Below, piece by piece: positions 12,857-25,492 of a DNA stretch of 64,000 nt (position 1 is the first letter of the stretch; the number at the start of each line of letters is the position of its first letter). The translations under genes and the position numbers were made by a program. The notes beneath the pieces are model-generated. The model saw only the letters and a program-made list of their open reading frames with translations, had not been told where the DNA came from and searched no databases. This DNA is from Octopus sinensis (lineage: Eukaryota): the NCBI RefSeq assembly GCF_006345805.1, contig NC_043001.1, positions 35,898,001-35,962,000 on the forward strand. The letters run 5' to 3'.

Positions 12857-13837
12857 AATGCATACATAAAACTTATGTAGTACTCAAACAATAACCGTAA
12901 TGCGAATGATGATAGGAAAGCCAAAAAGTTTTTACTACTTCCACTATATCATAAATCACCAAGTCCCATACTTATACCAATTCCACCTGTCATATAAATC
13001 TCGTGAACACATTCTGCTAAACATACTGGAGAAGAATATTTGAACGCCGAGAAGCGTGTTCACGAAGACAGATTTTCCTTGTCAAATTATAAAAGTCTGG
13101 AAGTAAAGATTTTATAACGTGTGACTGCTCGTTAATTTTCCTGTATCTGATATACCTAAAGATGATCACAAATAAATACAGTTTGCAAATAAATTTAAAT
13201 AGTCTACATTATAGCTTAAAACTGCATAACAATCACCTCACTTGAAGCATATCTTTTTTCACTTCTCAGTCATTATAAATGTGTATGGTGGGTGGGCAGC
13301 CTGTGAGTGCAGTTATTGACCTTTATGTATGCATACACATTTGTAGGGATATATGTAAATGCATATCTATATATCTCGAAGCAGTAAGGTAGATAAATGC
13401 AGATAGCATATTGCATGGAGCACAAAATACAAATAATAAAAATAAGGGGAAAATATACAGAGAAATTATTTCGAGGCATAACTATATGCATATGGATAAC
13501 CTCTCTTTCTCTCCTTATATATATATATATATATATAGCCGAAATTGCGAGGATGATCCGGTTATTGACAGAAGATTAGAGGCTTCGAATGACTCGTCCG
13601 TTTTTATTTTTGTGTCGTCTATTTGAATGTTTTGCGTTCTTGTCCCATTTTGTATTTTTATATATATTTTTTATACATATATATATTCCCCTTCCCTCTG
13701 CTCCCTCACTCCCCCTCCCCCTCTTTCCTCCTTCCTCCCCCTCCTCTCTCTCTCCCCATCCTCTCCTCTTCCCCCCTCTCCCCCTCTTCTCCTCACTACA
13801 CCACACGACTTCACACATCACATCATATATGATGTGC

Positions 13838-14172
13838 CATACTAATACATACACCAACTAATACATACTAATACGTACTAATACATACTAATACATACAC
13901 CAACCCTATACATACACACGTCCAGACCCCTCATACGCACTTATACTCTCTCATACACTACACACACACACTTATACATACTAATACGTACTAATACATA
14001 CTAATACATACTAATACATACACCAACCCCATACATACGCACGTCCACACCAATCCTACGCACTAATACTCTCTCATACACACACACACACACACACACG
14101 CACACCCTTATACATAATAATACATACACCAACCCTATACATACACACGTCCAGACCCCTCCTACGCACTAT
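13838..14172. repeat. Three imperfect tandem units of ~110-125 bp built on ATACATACTA and CACCAACCCTATACATACACACGTCCAGACC
   Basis: The block CACCAACCC(T/C)ATACATAC(A/G)CACGTCCA recurs near 13898, 14021 and 14127. Confidence 0.8.
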
Positions 14173-14344
14173 TAGCTGGTCCTTCAACCATATTATCAAC
14201 CCTATTATCTCCCCTTATTTCGCTCTCGCGTCTCATGTTTGATCTTTGACCTCTGGCCGAAATCAGATCGCCATGTTGATTCGTTAGCTACTGCACGCAT
14301 TTTTTTTCTCGCCTTCTTTCTGTGTTTTTTTTTCTCTCTGTGTA

Positions 14345-14382
14345 TCTTTCTGCTGAAGAGCGTAGGCTCGAAACGTTAAAGA
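14345..14382 (+). ncRNA. Minimal hammerhead-like motif, family C copy 2
   Basis: TCTTT-CTGCTGAA-GAGC-GTAG-GCTC-GAAAC-GTT-AAAGA. Confidence 0.55.
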
Positions 14383-14481
14383 CTTGTTTTATTTATATTT
14401 CCTGAGCGCCATACTAATACAATTGTTCGTTTGTTTTCCACCTGCCTTCGTCTTTTGTCTATTTTCATAAAGCTTCCCGTT

Positions 14482-14490
14482 ATATATATA

Positions 14491-14553
<63 letters not shown>

Positions 14554-15023
14554 TATATATACATATACATATATGTATACATATACACACATATATATAC
14601 ACATATATATATACATATACACACATATATATATATACACACATATATACATATACATATATGTATACATATACACACATATATATACACACATATATAC
14701 ATATATGTATACATATACACATATATATATATACACATATATATATATACATATACACACATATATATACACATATATATGCATATACATATATATATAT
14801 ATACATATACATATATATACACATATACACACATATATATACACATATGCATATATATATATACATATATATACACATATATACACATATATATATACAT
14901 ATACATATACATATATATACACATATACATATACATATATATACACATATACATATACATATACATATATATACACATATACATATACATACATATATAT
15001 ATATACATACATACATATATATA
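14482..15023. repeat. (TA)n/(TACA)n compound microsatellite
   Basis: Read directly from the sequence. Confidence 0.95.
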
Positions 15024-15191
15024 CCCGTTACACTTGCTTTTTAATATGCTCGCGTGTATGAGTGTACAATGTTTGGTATGAGATTGTACTGTAAATTTCG
15101 GAATGTCGGCTTATATATATATTCGCACTAACTTAAGTAGATATTGTTATGAGTTAAGACTGACACCAATATTAACTTTTGCTACCGATTA

Positions 15192-15266
15192 TTGTTGTGA
15201 AGATAGCTAAGCCTTCATATTTACGATTCCACGTCTCAGCACAGGTGCAGGTGTAAAGCAAACTCT
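15192..15266 (+). repeat. Unclassified ~75 bp dispersed repeat (inverted copy at 25493-25566)
   Basis: TTGTTGTGAAGATAGCTAAGCCTTCATATTTACGATTCC...CACAGGTGC...TGTAAAGCAAACTC matches the reverse complement of 25493-25566. Confidence 0.8.
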
Positions 15267-15340
15267 CTCTCTCTGTCTCTTTGTGTGTGAGAAGAGTGTG
15301 TATGTATGTGTGTGTGTGTATCTCACTTGCTCTTTCTCAC

Positions 15341-15379
<39 letters not shown>

Positions 15380-15729
15380 TTCTGTTGTTCCCTCCCTCTC
15401 AAATACATTAAAAGGCCCATAGAGAGACGGATGATGTAGTCGTGAAAAATCAGAGCACGCTCTCGTGGTATGATCCTATTCGGTATCTTTAGAATTTACA
15501 TTAGGTTACAAAAATAAAAAACGACTTACGAAGAAGTATTGTACAAAACGTGTTTACGTTTTTTTTTTACTTTGTACTCTAGTTTAGCTCAGTGGCATAG
15601 CTACACAGTATCAAACGTTAGAACACCTTAGCATTCTCTTTTAGAACATGTCACTGCTTTTTCCAAGTGAACAATTGCATGTTCTCAAGAATATTTGAAA
15701 GTTGCAGTAATATTCAATGCATTTTAGCA

Positions 15730-15877
15730 GCTGTGTCACGCTGAATCTCCTCGAGAACTACGTTAAGGGTACACGTGTCTGTGGAGTGCTCAGCCACTTG
15801 CACGTTAATATCACGAGCAAGCTGTTCCGTTGATCGTATCAGCTGGGACCCTCATCGTCGCAACCGACGGAGTGCTC
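15730..15877 (+). mobile_element. Probable SINE 3' fragment of another family
   Basis: GC-richer island (GAGAACTACGTTAAGGGTACACGTGTCTGTGGAGTGCTCAGCCACTTGCACGTT) that resembles a repeat I recall from octopus. It is single-copy in this window. Confidence 0.35.
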
Positions 15878-15918
15878 CTATATATAGCATTTTAGCAACA
15901 CGCACATACCCTTCCTCC

Positions 15919-15952
<34 letters not shown>

Positions 15953-15984
15953 ACACATACACATACACGTGTGCGTGTGTATAA

Positions 15985-16195
15985 AGGCGGTGAGCCTGCA
16001 GAATCGTTACCGCGCCGGGCAAAATGCTTAGCGGCATTTCCTCCGTCTTTACATTCTCAATTCAAATTCCACCGTGGGCGGCTTTGCCGTTCATAATATT
16101 GGGGTCGATAAAATAAGTACCAGTTGAACACTAGGTTCGATTAATCGACTTACTCCTTCCCTGAAATTGCTGTCCTTATGCCAAAATTCGAAATT
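15985..16195 (+). mobile_element. SINE family B, diverged full-length copy
   Basis: GGCGGTGAGCCTGCAGAATCGTT...TTCAAATTCCACC...GGGGTCGATAAAATAAGTACCAG. Confidence 0.85.
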
Positions 16196-16204
16196 AGATA
16201 TACG

Positions 16205-16366
16205 ACTGTGTGATGAGTAGCTAGCTTGCTTACCAACCACATTGTTCCGGGTTCAGTTCCACTGAGTGGCACCTTGGCCAAGTAAGTGTATTCTATAGCC
16301 TCGGGCCAACCATAGCCTTGTGAGTGAATTTGGTAGACGGAAACTGAAAGAAGTGCTCGTATATAT
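16205..16366 (+). mobile_element. SINE family A, left half only
   Basis: GCTTGCTTACCAACCAC...GGTAGACGGAAACTGAAAGAAG, ending at the internal TA tract. Confidence 0.85.
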
Positions 16367-16529
16367 GTAGATATATACTTAATTTATGTACCTTTATATT
16401 GTTGTTATGCGAAAGATTGTCACAAAATAACAAAAGACGAAGCTGCATCTAATGGTGTGAGTGGTAGTGCACGGAAAACAGCAGACTCTGGGAGCTATAT
16501 TTGTTCCTATCTGTATTATTGGCTGGTTG

Positions 16530-16530
<1 letters not shown>

Positions 16531-16563
<33 letters not shown>

Positions 16564-16762
16564 CTCTTTCTCTCTCTCTCTCTATCTATCTATCTATTCC
16601 TCTCTCTCTCTTTTTCTCCCTCTCCTCCCCTCTCACTTTCTTCATCCTTTCTTTCCACTCTCTCTCTCTCTCTTCCCTCTCTTCTTCCTCTCCCTTGCTC
16701 TTTCCCCTCGCTCTCTCCTCTCCCTCTCTCTCTCTCTCTCTTTCTTCCTGTCTGTCTGTATC
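16531..16762. repeat. Polypyrimidine (CTTT)n/(CT)n tract
   Basis: Read directly from the sequence. Confidence 0.95.
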
Positions 16763-17204
16763 TTTCCAGCTCATGTGGGCAGAAACAGCTGAGCATTATA
16801 CCACACTTCTCCCTTTTATCGATATTTTTTTCTGCTCCTTCAATAGAAGTTGAATGGTTAGCTGTTAGACTAGAACATAAGACTCTGAATAACTCTGATA
16901 TACAGAGGTCATTACGACTAATATGATTATACAGATTCTGCTTGACCACATATCACTTTTAACCGTCTCAGCATTCATTCTCTACCCGCAGTAAGCGGCA
17001 AAGGTATCAACTGAACGAGATTCAACATCGCAACAAATCTCCTACGATGTGACACTTCTATAACGTTGCCTTACGTACTGAAGCAACAGTTTAACAGCGA
17101 AGTGTGCAATACACCAGTTCTGCCTCTTTTCTTACCTCTTCGCCAGTTTTAAAACCAAACACATGCGCCCATTTAATTTTCCCCACAATATATATATATA
17201 TATA

Positions 17205-17589
17205 TCTCTCTATATAAACGGCAGTTTGTCTGTGCGTGTTTCTGTGTGTCTGTTTTCTCGTACCCTCACCCTGACCACGGCTTTCAACCGATTCTGATGA
17301 AACTTGACACACACATAGCCCAATGTCATAATTCAAAACTAACGCAGCGAAAATTTTGAAAAGTTCCCCCAGTTCTGAAAAAAATCGATAAATTCGACAT
17401 GGGGTCGAGAATAAAAAAAAACAAACCACAGACTGTCTAGGGGACGCAACTCAACCTTTTTTTACTCTCAAAAAAAAATTTACCATCATTTTTTTTCCAT
17501 TTTTTTGCTATTTTTTGGCTATAACTCTCTAAAAATGCTTTATAGTTATTTCCCTTACAAACCTGAGCAACGCCGGGCGATACTGCTAG
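17205..17589 (+). mobile_element. Non-autonomous Helitron
   Basis: Starts TC after an A and ends CTAG before a T, with no TSD. Has a GC-rich subterminal CCTGAGCAACGCCGGG hairpin-like motif, a 5' TCTG/TGTG repeat and the CCGATTCTGATGAAACTT block typical of short animal Helitrons. Confidence 0.8.
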
Positions 17590-17612
17590 TATATATATAT
17601 ATATAAATCAGG

Positions 17613-17812
17613 ACGCCATGATAGATCGTTAGCTCCTATACGCATTCGTTTCTCTCCCTGTTTTTCTTTTTAGTGTATCTTTCTGTCGAAGAGCGTAGGC
17701 TCGAAACGTAAAAGACTTTTTTCTATTTCTATTCCTGAGCGCTATACTAATACAATTGTTTATTTGTACTCCACCTCCCTTCGTCTTTTGTTTATTTTCG
17801 TAAACCTTCCCG
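17613..17812 (+). mobile_element. Family C element, copy 3 (hammerhead-like motif at 17678-17715)
   Basis: CGCCATGATAGATCGTTAG...TCTTT-CTGTCGAA-GAGC-GTAG-GCTC-GAAAC-GTA-AAAGA...CTTCCCG, flanked by TA repeats. Confidence 0.7.
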
Positions 17813-17816
17813 TTAC

Positions 17817-17878
<62 letters not shown>

Positions 17879-19112
17879 ATTTAGTTATAGATATCACAGA
17901 ATTTCTTCGATTGTTGAGGGCCATAAGAATCATCTACTTCATTTGTGAAACAGAAATTAAGAACCTTTCATCTTTACCTTTAGGCAAGGTACATGTCATT
18001 TTAGTAATGGACTACTTTCATGATGCTCTTTTCTGCAGGAGATGAGCAATAATTAAAGCATTTCTTTGGCTACCGACACTAGTGAATGTGTATTTGCTGT
18101 TGGTGCTTTTGATTGTGTCGTATTCATAAAGAATAGCCAATTTTTTGTCTCATTCAACGAAGCACACCTCTCTGCTTATTAAACTGACTTTTTCTTTCAT
18201 TTTGTTCGTATAAGCTATCTTGTTTTTTTTTATTTTTATTTCTGCTAGGTAGTTTCCATTCTTCTAGAATGAGAAGTCTATCAAGATAAAAGTGAAAATA
18301 GTCACGAAATAACATATATGTTTAAAACAAGCGTGCGTATGCTTCGAAATTCTCTCGATGTAAAATAATTTTGAAAAGAAAATTTCATCCAGCAAAATTT
18401 GGAAATAAACCAAATTTTCTCGGAGCTATCTGAAGACACGTCCGTTAACTCCAAAATTCAACAACAGCAACAATAATAACACGAGTAAACTTAAATCGCT
18501 GCAAAATTGTGTTGCTTGAGGCAAATCAGTGATTAGAACAATCCAAAATAGCCGTTAATATATGTAATTTTTAAAAGAAATATAATACGTTTCCATGGTA
18601 CGTGGAATCTATTTTCAAATTTGTATATAATTTTGTAATTTTCTTCTTTCTTTCTACATTCATTCATCTACAAATGAATGAGTTAAAAGGTTGGAGATAT
18701 AGAAAAGAATTTAAACACGAAGAACATCTAAAACAAATAAAATCCACCACTACTACCACCACCACCACCACCACAACAACAACAACGACAGGAAAATGTT
18801 GAAGAATAATTGAAAAGAAAGACAAAGACAGGTAGCGAGGAAAGAAAAACGGAAAGAGCGAAAAAATGGAAAAGAATCTCCCTAAAGCAATAGAACGAAC
18901 TAAAAGTGAATAAATACATTTTGCTGGGAAAGGAAAAGTATAATTTGACATGTTGAGTCAGAAACGAAAGATTAGGAGAGTAGATTTGCTGCCGACTTTT
19001 AATGAGAAATGAATCAAAATGGCGGCGAAAGCACGTTAGTTGGAAAATTGGAACGGAGTTTCCACCATCTATTTCTCTCTCCGTCTCACTCTCTCTCTCT
19101 TGCGCTGTTTCG

Positions 19113-19121
19113 CGTGTGTGT

Positions 19122-19215
<94 letters not shown>
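19113..19215. repeat. (TG)n microsatellite
   Basis: Read directly from the sequence. Confidence 0.95.
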
Positions 19216-19218
<3 letters not shown>

Positions 19219-19574
19219 CACTATGATACGTTTACATAACTGAACAAGCAAGCATTCACATATTATAGATGCATACGTGCATTGAGTTGGCCAGAGAGTG
19301 TGAGAAATACAAACTTCTATATATTTCTCAAAACATTCAGTCATGTTCTCTTTATATAAGTATGTCCGTGCGGATATATCTCTGGGTGTGTGCACACACT
19401 AGTAATAATACATAAAAGAGAGAGGTAGGGGTTTATATGCGCCTGTGTGTTTGTGTACGTGTATGTGAGTATTGAGCCCCAAGAAAGTCAAACAATCAAA
19501 GAATTGCCCCGATAAAATGAAAATAGTAGGAAAAAATAGAGTAATAAGATCTTAATCACCAAAATAATTTTATT

Positions 19575-19955
19575 GGCGTAGGAGTGGTTGTGTGGTAAGT
19601 AGCTTGCTTACGAACCACATAGTTCCGGGTTCATTCCCACTGCGTGGCACCTTAGGCAAGTGTCTTCTACTATAGCCTCGGGTCGACCAAAACTTTGTGA
19701 GTGGATTTGGTAGACGGAAACTGAAAGAAGCCCGTCGTATATATGTATGTATATATATATGTGTGTGTGTGTGTGTGTATGTTTGTGTGTCTGTGTTTGT
19801 CCTCCCAACATCGCTTGACAACCGATGCTGGTGTGTTTACGTCCCCGTAACTTAGCGGTTCGGCAAAAGAAACCGATAGAATAAGTACTAGGCTTACAAA
19901 GAATAAGTCCCGGGGTCGATTTGCTCGACAGTCATCTAAAATATGGCCACAGTCA
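19575..19955 (+). mobile_element. SINE family A with rearranged 3' end
   Basis: Matches the copy at 12434. The tail is replaced by a local duplication of CAGTCATCTAAAA. Confidence 0.9.
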
Positions 19956-21539
19956 TCTAAAAATATATATTTCCGGTGGATCACGGTTGCGCAAAATTAG
20001 TCATGTTCGAATTCTTCTGTTCTGCATCAAGTATAATGTATAAGCTATGTGGACAAGTTCATACGTATGTTCAGCTCAGTACCCGTACTCTTATCAGGTT
20101 TTCAGAGGCATACCTTTCTTGATACCCTTTTCGTGGGTTCTTGCGATACATAGATACACTGCCAAACTGCTCCAAAACCGAAATATACATCGTATATAAA
20201 GACATAAGTGTGTGCGTGTGTATGTGCCTTTGTAGTTAATATACTGCTATTTGTTTTGGTAAATCTGTTAAGCTTTACTTGACCCCCTTTTAATTCTTTA
20301 GTTTCATTTATGGATAATGGAAAGAAGCGGGTGGTGATGATTATTCAATGAGTTAGATGTTATTAATTAAAGCAGTACACCTTAGATCTGAAAATATAAA
20401 AAAACAAACTTGCGCCAGATTTTAAATCTCTGTGGCGATATAAATGTATCACTTTCTATTTATGATGAAATTTTGTTGAGATATCCGCATAAAACACTTA
20501 CTATTAAAAAGAACAACCGAGACATCTCATTGTATCCCCCACACCACTAACCTATCTTTCCGATGAAGAAAACCAGTAAAATTTACGACTTCGCAATCTA
20601 AACATCATAAATCTGACAATATTATTTTAACGTACGTTGATAAATTGCTTGACTGGGAAAATGAAAATTTTACTCATACGACAAATAGTAGCTCTCTTTA
20701 AATACACACAACAAATAATAGACATAAACACAATACATTATCACTGTTTTGTTCTCTTGCATACACATACATACATACATACATACATACACACATACAT
20801 ACGTACATACATACAAACACACATACATACGTACATACATATACCGAACATGCATAAATACATATATGTACGTACGTACGTACATTCATAAGGCAAACAC
20901 TGTGTGTATACGTGTGTATACGTGTATATTAAAGGAGTATGTTTTGTTTGTGTATAATTGTGTGTGTTTATACGTATGTCTGTATAAATGTACTGTGTAT
21001 GTATGTAGAATAAACAACTGTTTCACTTAATTGAATTCTCTTAATTATCGATTGAGGTTTTTCCAGTACCATAGTTTATTTTTAAATTAATTGATGAAGA
21101 TTTAAATGTAACTTGATAAACTACCACTTGCTCTAGTTTCTTAATCAATTTCACATTAAGTACTGTTGTCGTTATTGCTTTATTTCCTTCCGTCCATGTA
21201 TGTATGTATGATTGTATGTTTATTGAAAATACCGGAATGGCAGATTTGGCATAAACGGAATTATTGTGGATGGTAAGAGAGTGCAAATTTTTGCTTTACG
21301 TCTCTTAGTTTAAGTCTCACTGAACTGATTACTAACCTTAACTTCCATCTCACCAGCGGAGACAAGCATAGCGAGCTGAGCGCGTGCATTGCACACAGGC
21401 CCTAGAAGTTCGTACCTGAATGTTAGGGACAGCGCAATAGAAGCGTTACAGTAACAGATATTGGTAACGACGATAATTATTGGCTTGTCACTTTTGTAGG
21501 TAACGGTTCCGTAAAGTGCTGAATTAAGCAAAAACGTGA

Positions 21540-22240
21540 TGTGGTCAGGTGAGGTCTATAGGATATGCAATTTTAATAAACCTTGAAGATAGTGGAGCAA
21601 TCCTCGAAACCTAACTTGTGCATTTTTGTAGGAAGAGAAATATTGAAGTTATTTGCCTAAGATAAGACTAAGAATTGGGGAATATTTACATATAACCGAG
21701 AAAATATCAGACCCGGTCAGCTTGTTGATTTGAATCTCCTGGACAAGGTTTTGGACTGTTAACTATGCTCAACTTGAGCTAAATTATGAGAGAAATTAAG
21801 GAGTGAAAAGTGCAAAGTGTTTGTATGTGTGCGCGTGGAAGGTATGCTATGTGACATCGCAGTAAAGATTATCGGTTTATCGGTAAGAGCGATAATTACA
21901 GAGACATTTTAATTGAAAAGTGACAGCTAGAAGATTTTTGGAAAGTTAGTAGGAACTAAAAGATGCTAATGCAATTGAGGAGGCGATTAAATGTCTTTCA
22001 GACGGTGATTGTGAGGGATCGCTGCCTCGGTTATATTTGCTTGTATAGCTGCAGCACGGCTGCATGTGATTCAAGTGGACGCTTAGGGAATTTGGATATG
22101 GACGTGTGAAGGTCGTAGCGTTACATGTCTAGGAGTATTTTATTAATCACCAGCTTCTATGATTTGAATTATTAGAGATTTCTAGAGCTGGTGCTTGTAG
22201 TATGTAGACGATGTGAAAGTTGGTTGACTTTCTTAAGCAA
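21540..22240 (-). mobile_element. Highly decayed Gypsy-like pol remnant (RNase H to integrase)
   Basis: Minus-strand fragments appear in the expected order across frameshifts: ISKF (ISQF-like), LYCDVT, LS..(G)..KST, and SRFIKI.HI.DLT(G)P (RF..VHIDLVGP-like). Confidence 0.4.
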
Positions 22241-23480
22241 TGATCAAAAGAAGGAGATCCACAAGGAGGCTAGTACTTTACGCACGCATGTGTATTCGAC
22301 AAACGTTAATTATATAAACGCAAGATCTGTGGTATGTTTGTGTTCTCAGCACACAAATATCTAATGTTTCGAACAGACCCACACTTCCGTCAGACATTGA
22401 ATTAATCATTCAGAACTGGTTAAGATTAGCTACGAAAACGCTCGGTATAACTCATGGAAAATGGTAATAAGGGTGAGTTATTGACATACGCAAACATGCG
22501 GTTTTGCAATAGAAGGTTAGCTCTCAAATTACCCGTGTAATGTCAGTAATGGGGAGATGACGCAAATAACAATTTGAACAAAGAGTCCAAACTTAAAAGA
22601 GTCCTTGACATTCATTGTATAAACTAGTTTCCAAAAGAATTTCAGCATGGTAAAACATATGATGAATTACTGATATTTACTATTAGAGAGGCGTGTTCAC
22701 TCTCATTAGGAAGGAGAAAATATTCAGTCACTTCATTTGCTTGTGCAAAAAAATTAATTCACTCTAAAGAAGGAAGTACAGGAATTTCATTTTTAAGATT
22801 CAGCTTAAGAAATCATGGTGTAATTTGATTAAAGTTTGCAAACTTTAACACTATGACTGTGAAATTAAACTTGATCCAAAATGATTAATTGCTATGACCG
22901 ACTCGTTGTCTTGGATTTAGAAAAAATGCGTTTGCGTGAATTTAATTGGCAATTAAGCGGTGATAGTTTTGTTATAGAGTTACAGTTTTCTAATCAGCTC
23001 AGAATTATCTCTCTTCGGTATCTCCTACAGAGGAAAGCTAAAGATCCAGAAATGCATCTAGGATTCCAGAAGAAGGCGCCACTGAGCTGATAATGGTGTA
23101 TTTACACTCTTAACGTATGAGAGAATTTTTTTTCTCCACGGTAAACTGCAGTGAAATTGCCTTTAGAAGTTAATATACGCCACAAACACATTTGAGGTAA
23201 CCTAAAGTTTATTTATTTCTTATCACTGCTTTGCGCTACTTCAACAATGTGGCTCCAAGATGACGTAACTCACGATGCCACCCGCATGTGTCAAACTACA
23301 GAAGTAACACACAAATTCCTGAACATAGTCAGTGTAAGAGTAGTATACATGTCTGTGTGTGCAATTGTGGCGAGCATGAGTGTGTGGGATGTTTCCGCTT
23401 CCCTATTCGTATATAGACGTATATAGACAATCATGCGAAGGGTATGTCAGTATGCATTTGTGCGTGTTGACGGATAGAGA

Positions 23481-23953
23481 GAGATGAAGAGTAAGAGACA
23501 TGAAGAGCAAGAGACATGAAGAGTAAGAGACATGAAGAGCAAGAGACATGAAGAGTAAGAGACATGAAGAGCAAGAGACATGAAGAGTAAGAGACATGAA
23601 GAGCAAGAGACATGAAGAGTAAGAGACATGAAGAGCAAGAGACATGAAGAGCAAGAGACATGAAGAGCAAGAGACATGAAGAGTAAGAGACATGAAGAGC
23701 AAGAGACATGAAGAGTAAGAGACATGAAGAGCAAGAGACATGAGAGAGAGACATGAAGAGCAAGAGACATGAAGAGTAAGAGACATGAAGAGCAAGAGAC
23801 ATGAAGAGTAGAGACATGAAGAGCAAGAGACATGAGAGTAGAGACATGAAGAGCAGGAGACATGAAGAGCAAGAGACATGAAGAGTAAGAGACATGAAGA
23901 GCAAGAGACATGAAGAGTAAGAGACATGAAGAGCAAGAGACATGAAGAGCAAG
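23481..23953. repeat. 16-bp minisatellite GAGACATGAAGAG(C/T)AA, about 29 copies
   Basis: Read directly from the sequence. C and T variants mostly alternate, giving a 32-bp higher-order unit. Confidence 0.95.
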
Positions 23954-24076
23954 ATTTCAAGTGGGTAATAGCAATAACCGATTCGTTTAAAGTTACAAGG
24001 TAAATAATACATAGTCGTATGATATTTGATGATATCAAGCTGCAGTGGGTCTTTAATGAACATTAACTGTGAGAGT

Positions 24077-24289
24077 GGGGGAGGAGGAGGAGGAGGAGAG
24101 GAAGGAGGGGAGGGGAAGAAGAGGAGGAGGAGAGAAGAAGATGAAGACGAGGAAGAGGAAGAAGAAGAAGAAGAAGACGAAGAAGAAGAGGAAGAAGAAG
24201 AAGAGGAAGACGAATAGGAAGACGAAGGGGAAGACGAAGAGGAAGAAGAGGAGGAAGACGAAGAGGAAGAAGAAGAGGAAGAAGAAGAC

Positions 24290-24321
<32 letters not shown>

Positions 24322-24571
24322 AGAAGAAGGAGAAGAAGAGGGGAAGAGGAAGAGGAGGAAGAAGGGGAAGAAGAAGAGGAGGAAGAAGGGGAGGGGAAGA
24401 GGAAGAAGAAGAGGGAAAGAAGAAGAAGAAGAAGAGGGGAAGAAGAAAAGGGGAAGAGGAAGAGGGGAAGAGGAAGAGGGGAAGAGGAAGAAGAAGAACA
24501 ACAACAACAAAAGGGGGAGAGGAAGAAGAAGAGGATGGGAAGAGGAAGAAGAATCGGAGCGGAGGAGGAGG
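24077..24571. repeat. Polypurine (GAA/GAG/GGA)n tract
   Basis: About 500 bp of almost pure purine on the plus strand. Confidence 0.95.
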
Positions 24572-24993
24572 AATTATAAAAAAAGGAAGCAACAATAACA
24601 GACGGAACTGATTAGTCCATGATGAGAAGACGCGAGACTACGACGGCGTCGAGGACGACAATGACAGCGATGACGGGGTACAGCGGGGTGTTATTAAATG
24701 AAGCGATGAATATATAATGAAGTTAAAGAAGGGGTCTAAGTGTCTCAGTAATAAAACATTTAAAACAAAAAACTAGTTCTCTCTCTTTCGATAATGAGAA
24801 TCAGAATGAGACAATGTAGGAAGGAAAAGATAGAGGATATAAGGAAATACTCTGATGTAAAAAAATGTATTGGGATTTTCATTATGAAATCCGTCAAAAT
24901 CCTGAAATTTTGAAATTATGAAATGCGTCGAAATCCTAGCGAAATGCAGTTAAAGATGTAGTATATAGAGATACGCGTGTGTATATGTGTGTG

Positions 24994-25026
<33 letters not shown>

Positions 25027-25064
25027 TGTGTGTGTGTGTGTGTGAGAGAGTTTGTGTTCGTGTT

Positions 25065-25415
25065 AATGCTTGTCCTACACAAGCACCACCACTGCTTGAC
25101 AGTTTTTTTTTTTTTTTTTGCATCCTCGTGACATAGCGGTTCGGCAAAACATTTCGATAGAGTAAGTACCAGACCTTAAAATAAGTACTGGAGATTAATA
25201 TGATCGGTTAAACCCCATACTGGAGATTATTGATATTGATGAGAGAGAGAGACAGAGAGAGAAAGAGAGAGAGAGACATACGCACACAGATAGACAGACA
25301 GACAGACCTGACTTGGCGGTTCGGTAAAACATTTCGATAGAATAAGTGCCAAGCCGTAAAATGAGAACTGGAAATCAATATGATCGGTTAATCACCATAC
25401 TGGGATTTAACCGAT
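25065..25415 (+). mobile_element. Decayed SINE family A right half with a tandem duplication
   Basis: GCGGTTCGG(C/T)AAAACATTTCGATAGA...ATGATCGGTTAA...CCATACTGG occurs at about 25136-25222 and 25317-25403. Confidence 0.7.
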
Positions 25416-25492
25416 CGTATCGATGAGAGTGAGAGAGAGAAAGAACGAAACACACACACACACACATACTCTTACACGCGCACACACACACA

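Larger units (their letters stand above)
13538..14480 (+). mobile_element. Composite non-coding element in (TA)n: unique head, pyrimidine tract, tandem repeats and family C terminal repeat
   Basis: Bounded by TA tracts at 13516-13537 and from 14482 onward. The last ~210 bp (14269-14480) is a family C copy. Confidence 0.5.

Noticed and set aside
23403-24611. Long ORFs (up to 359 aa) and a CRISPR-like periodic pattern
   Set aside because: They arise from a spacer-less 16-bp minisatellite plus a GAA tract. There are no unique spacers or cas genes, and the context is eukaryotic.
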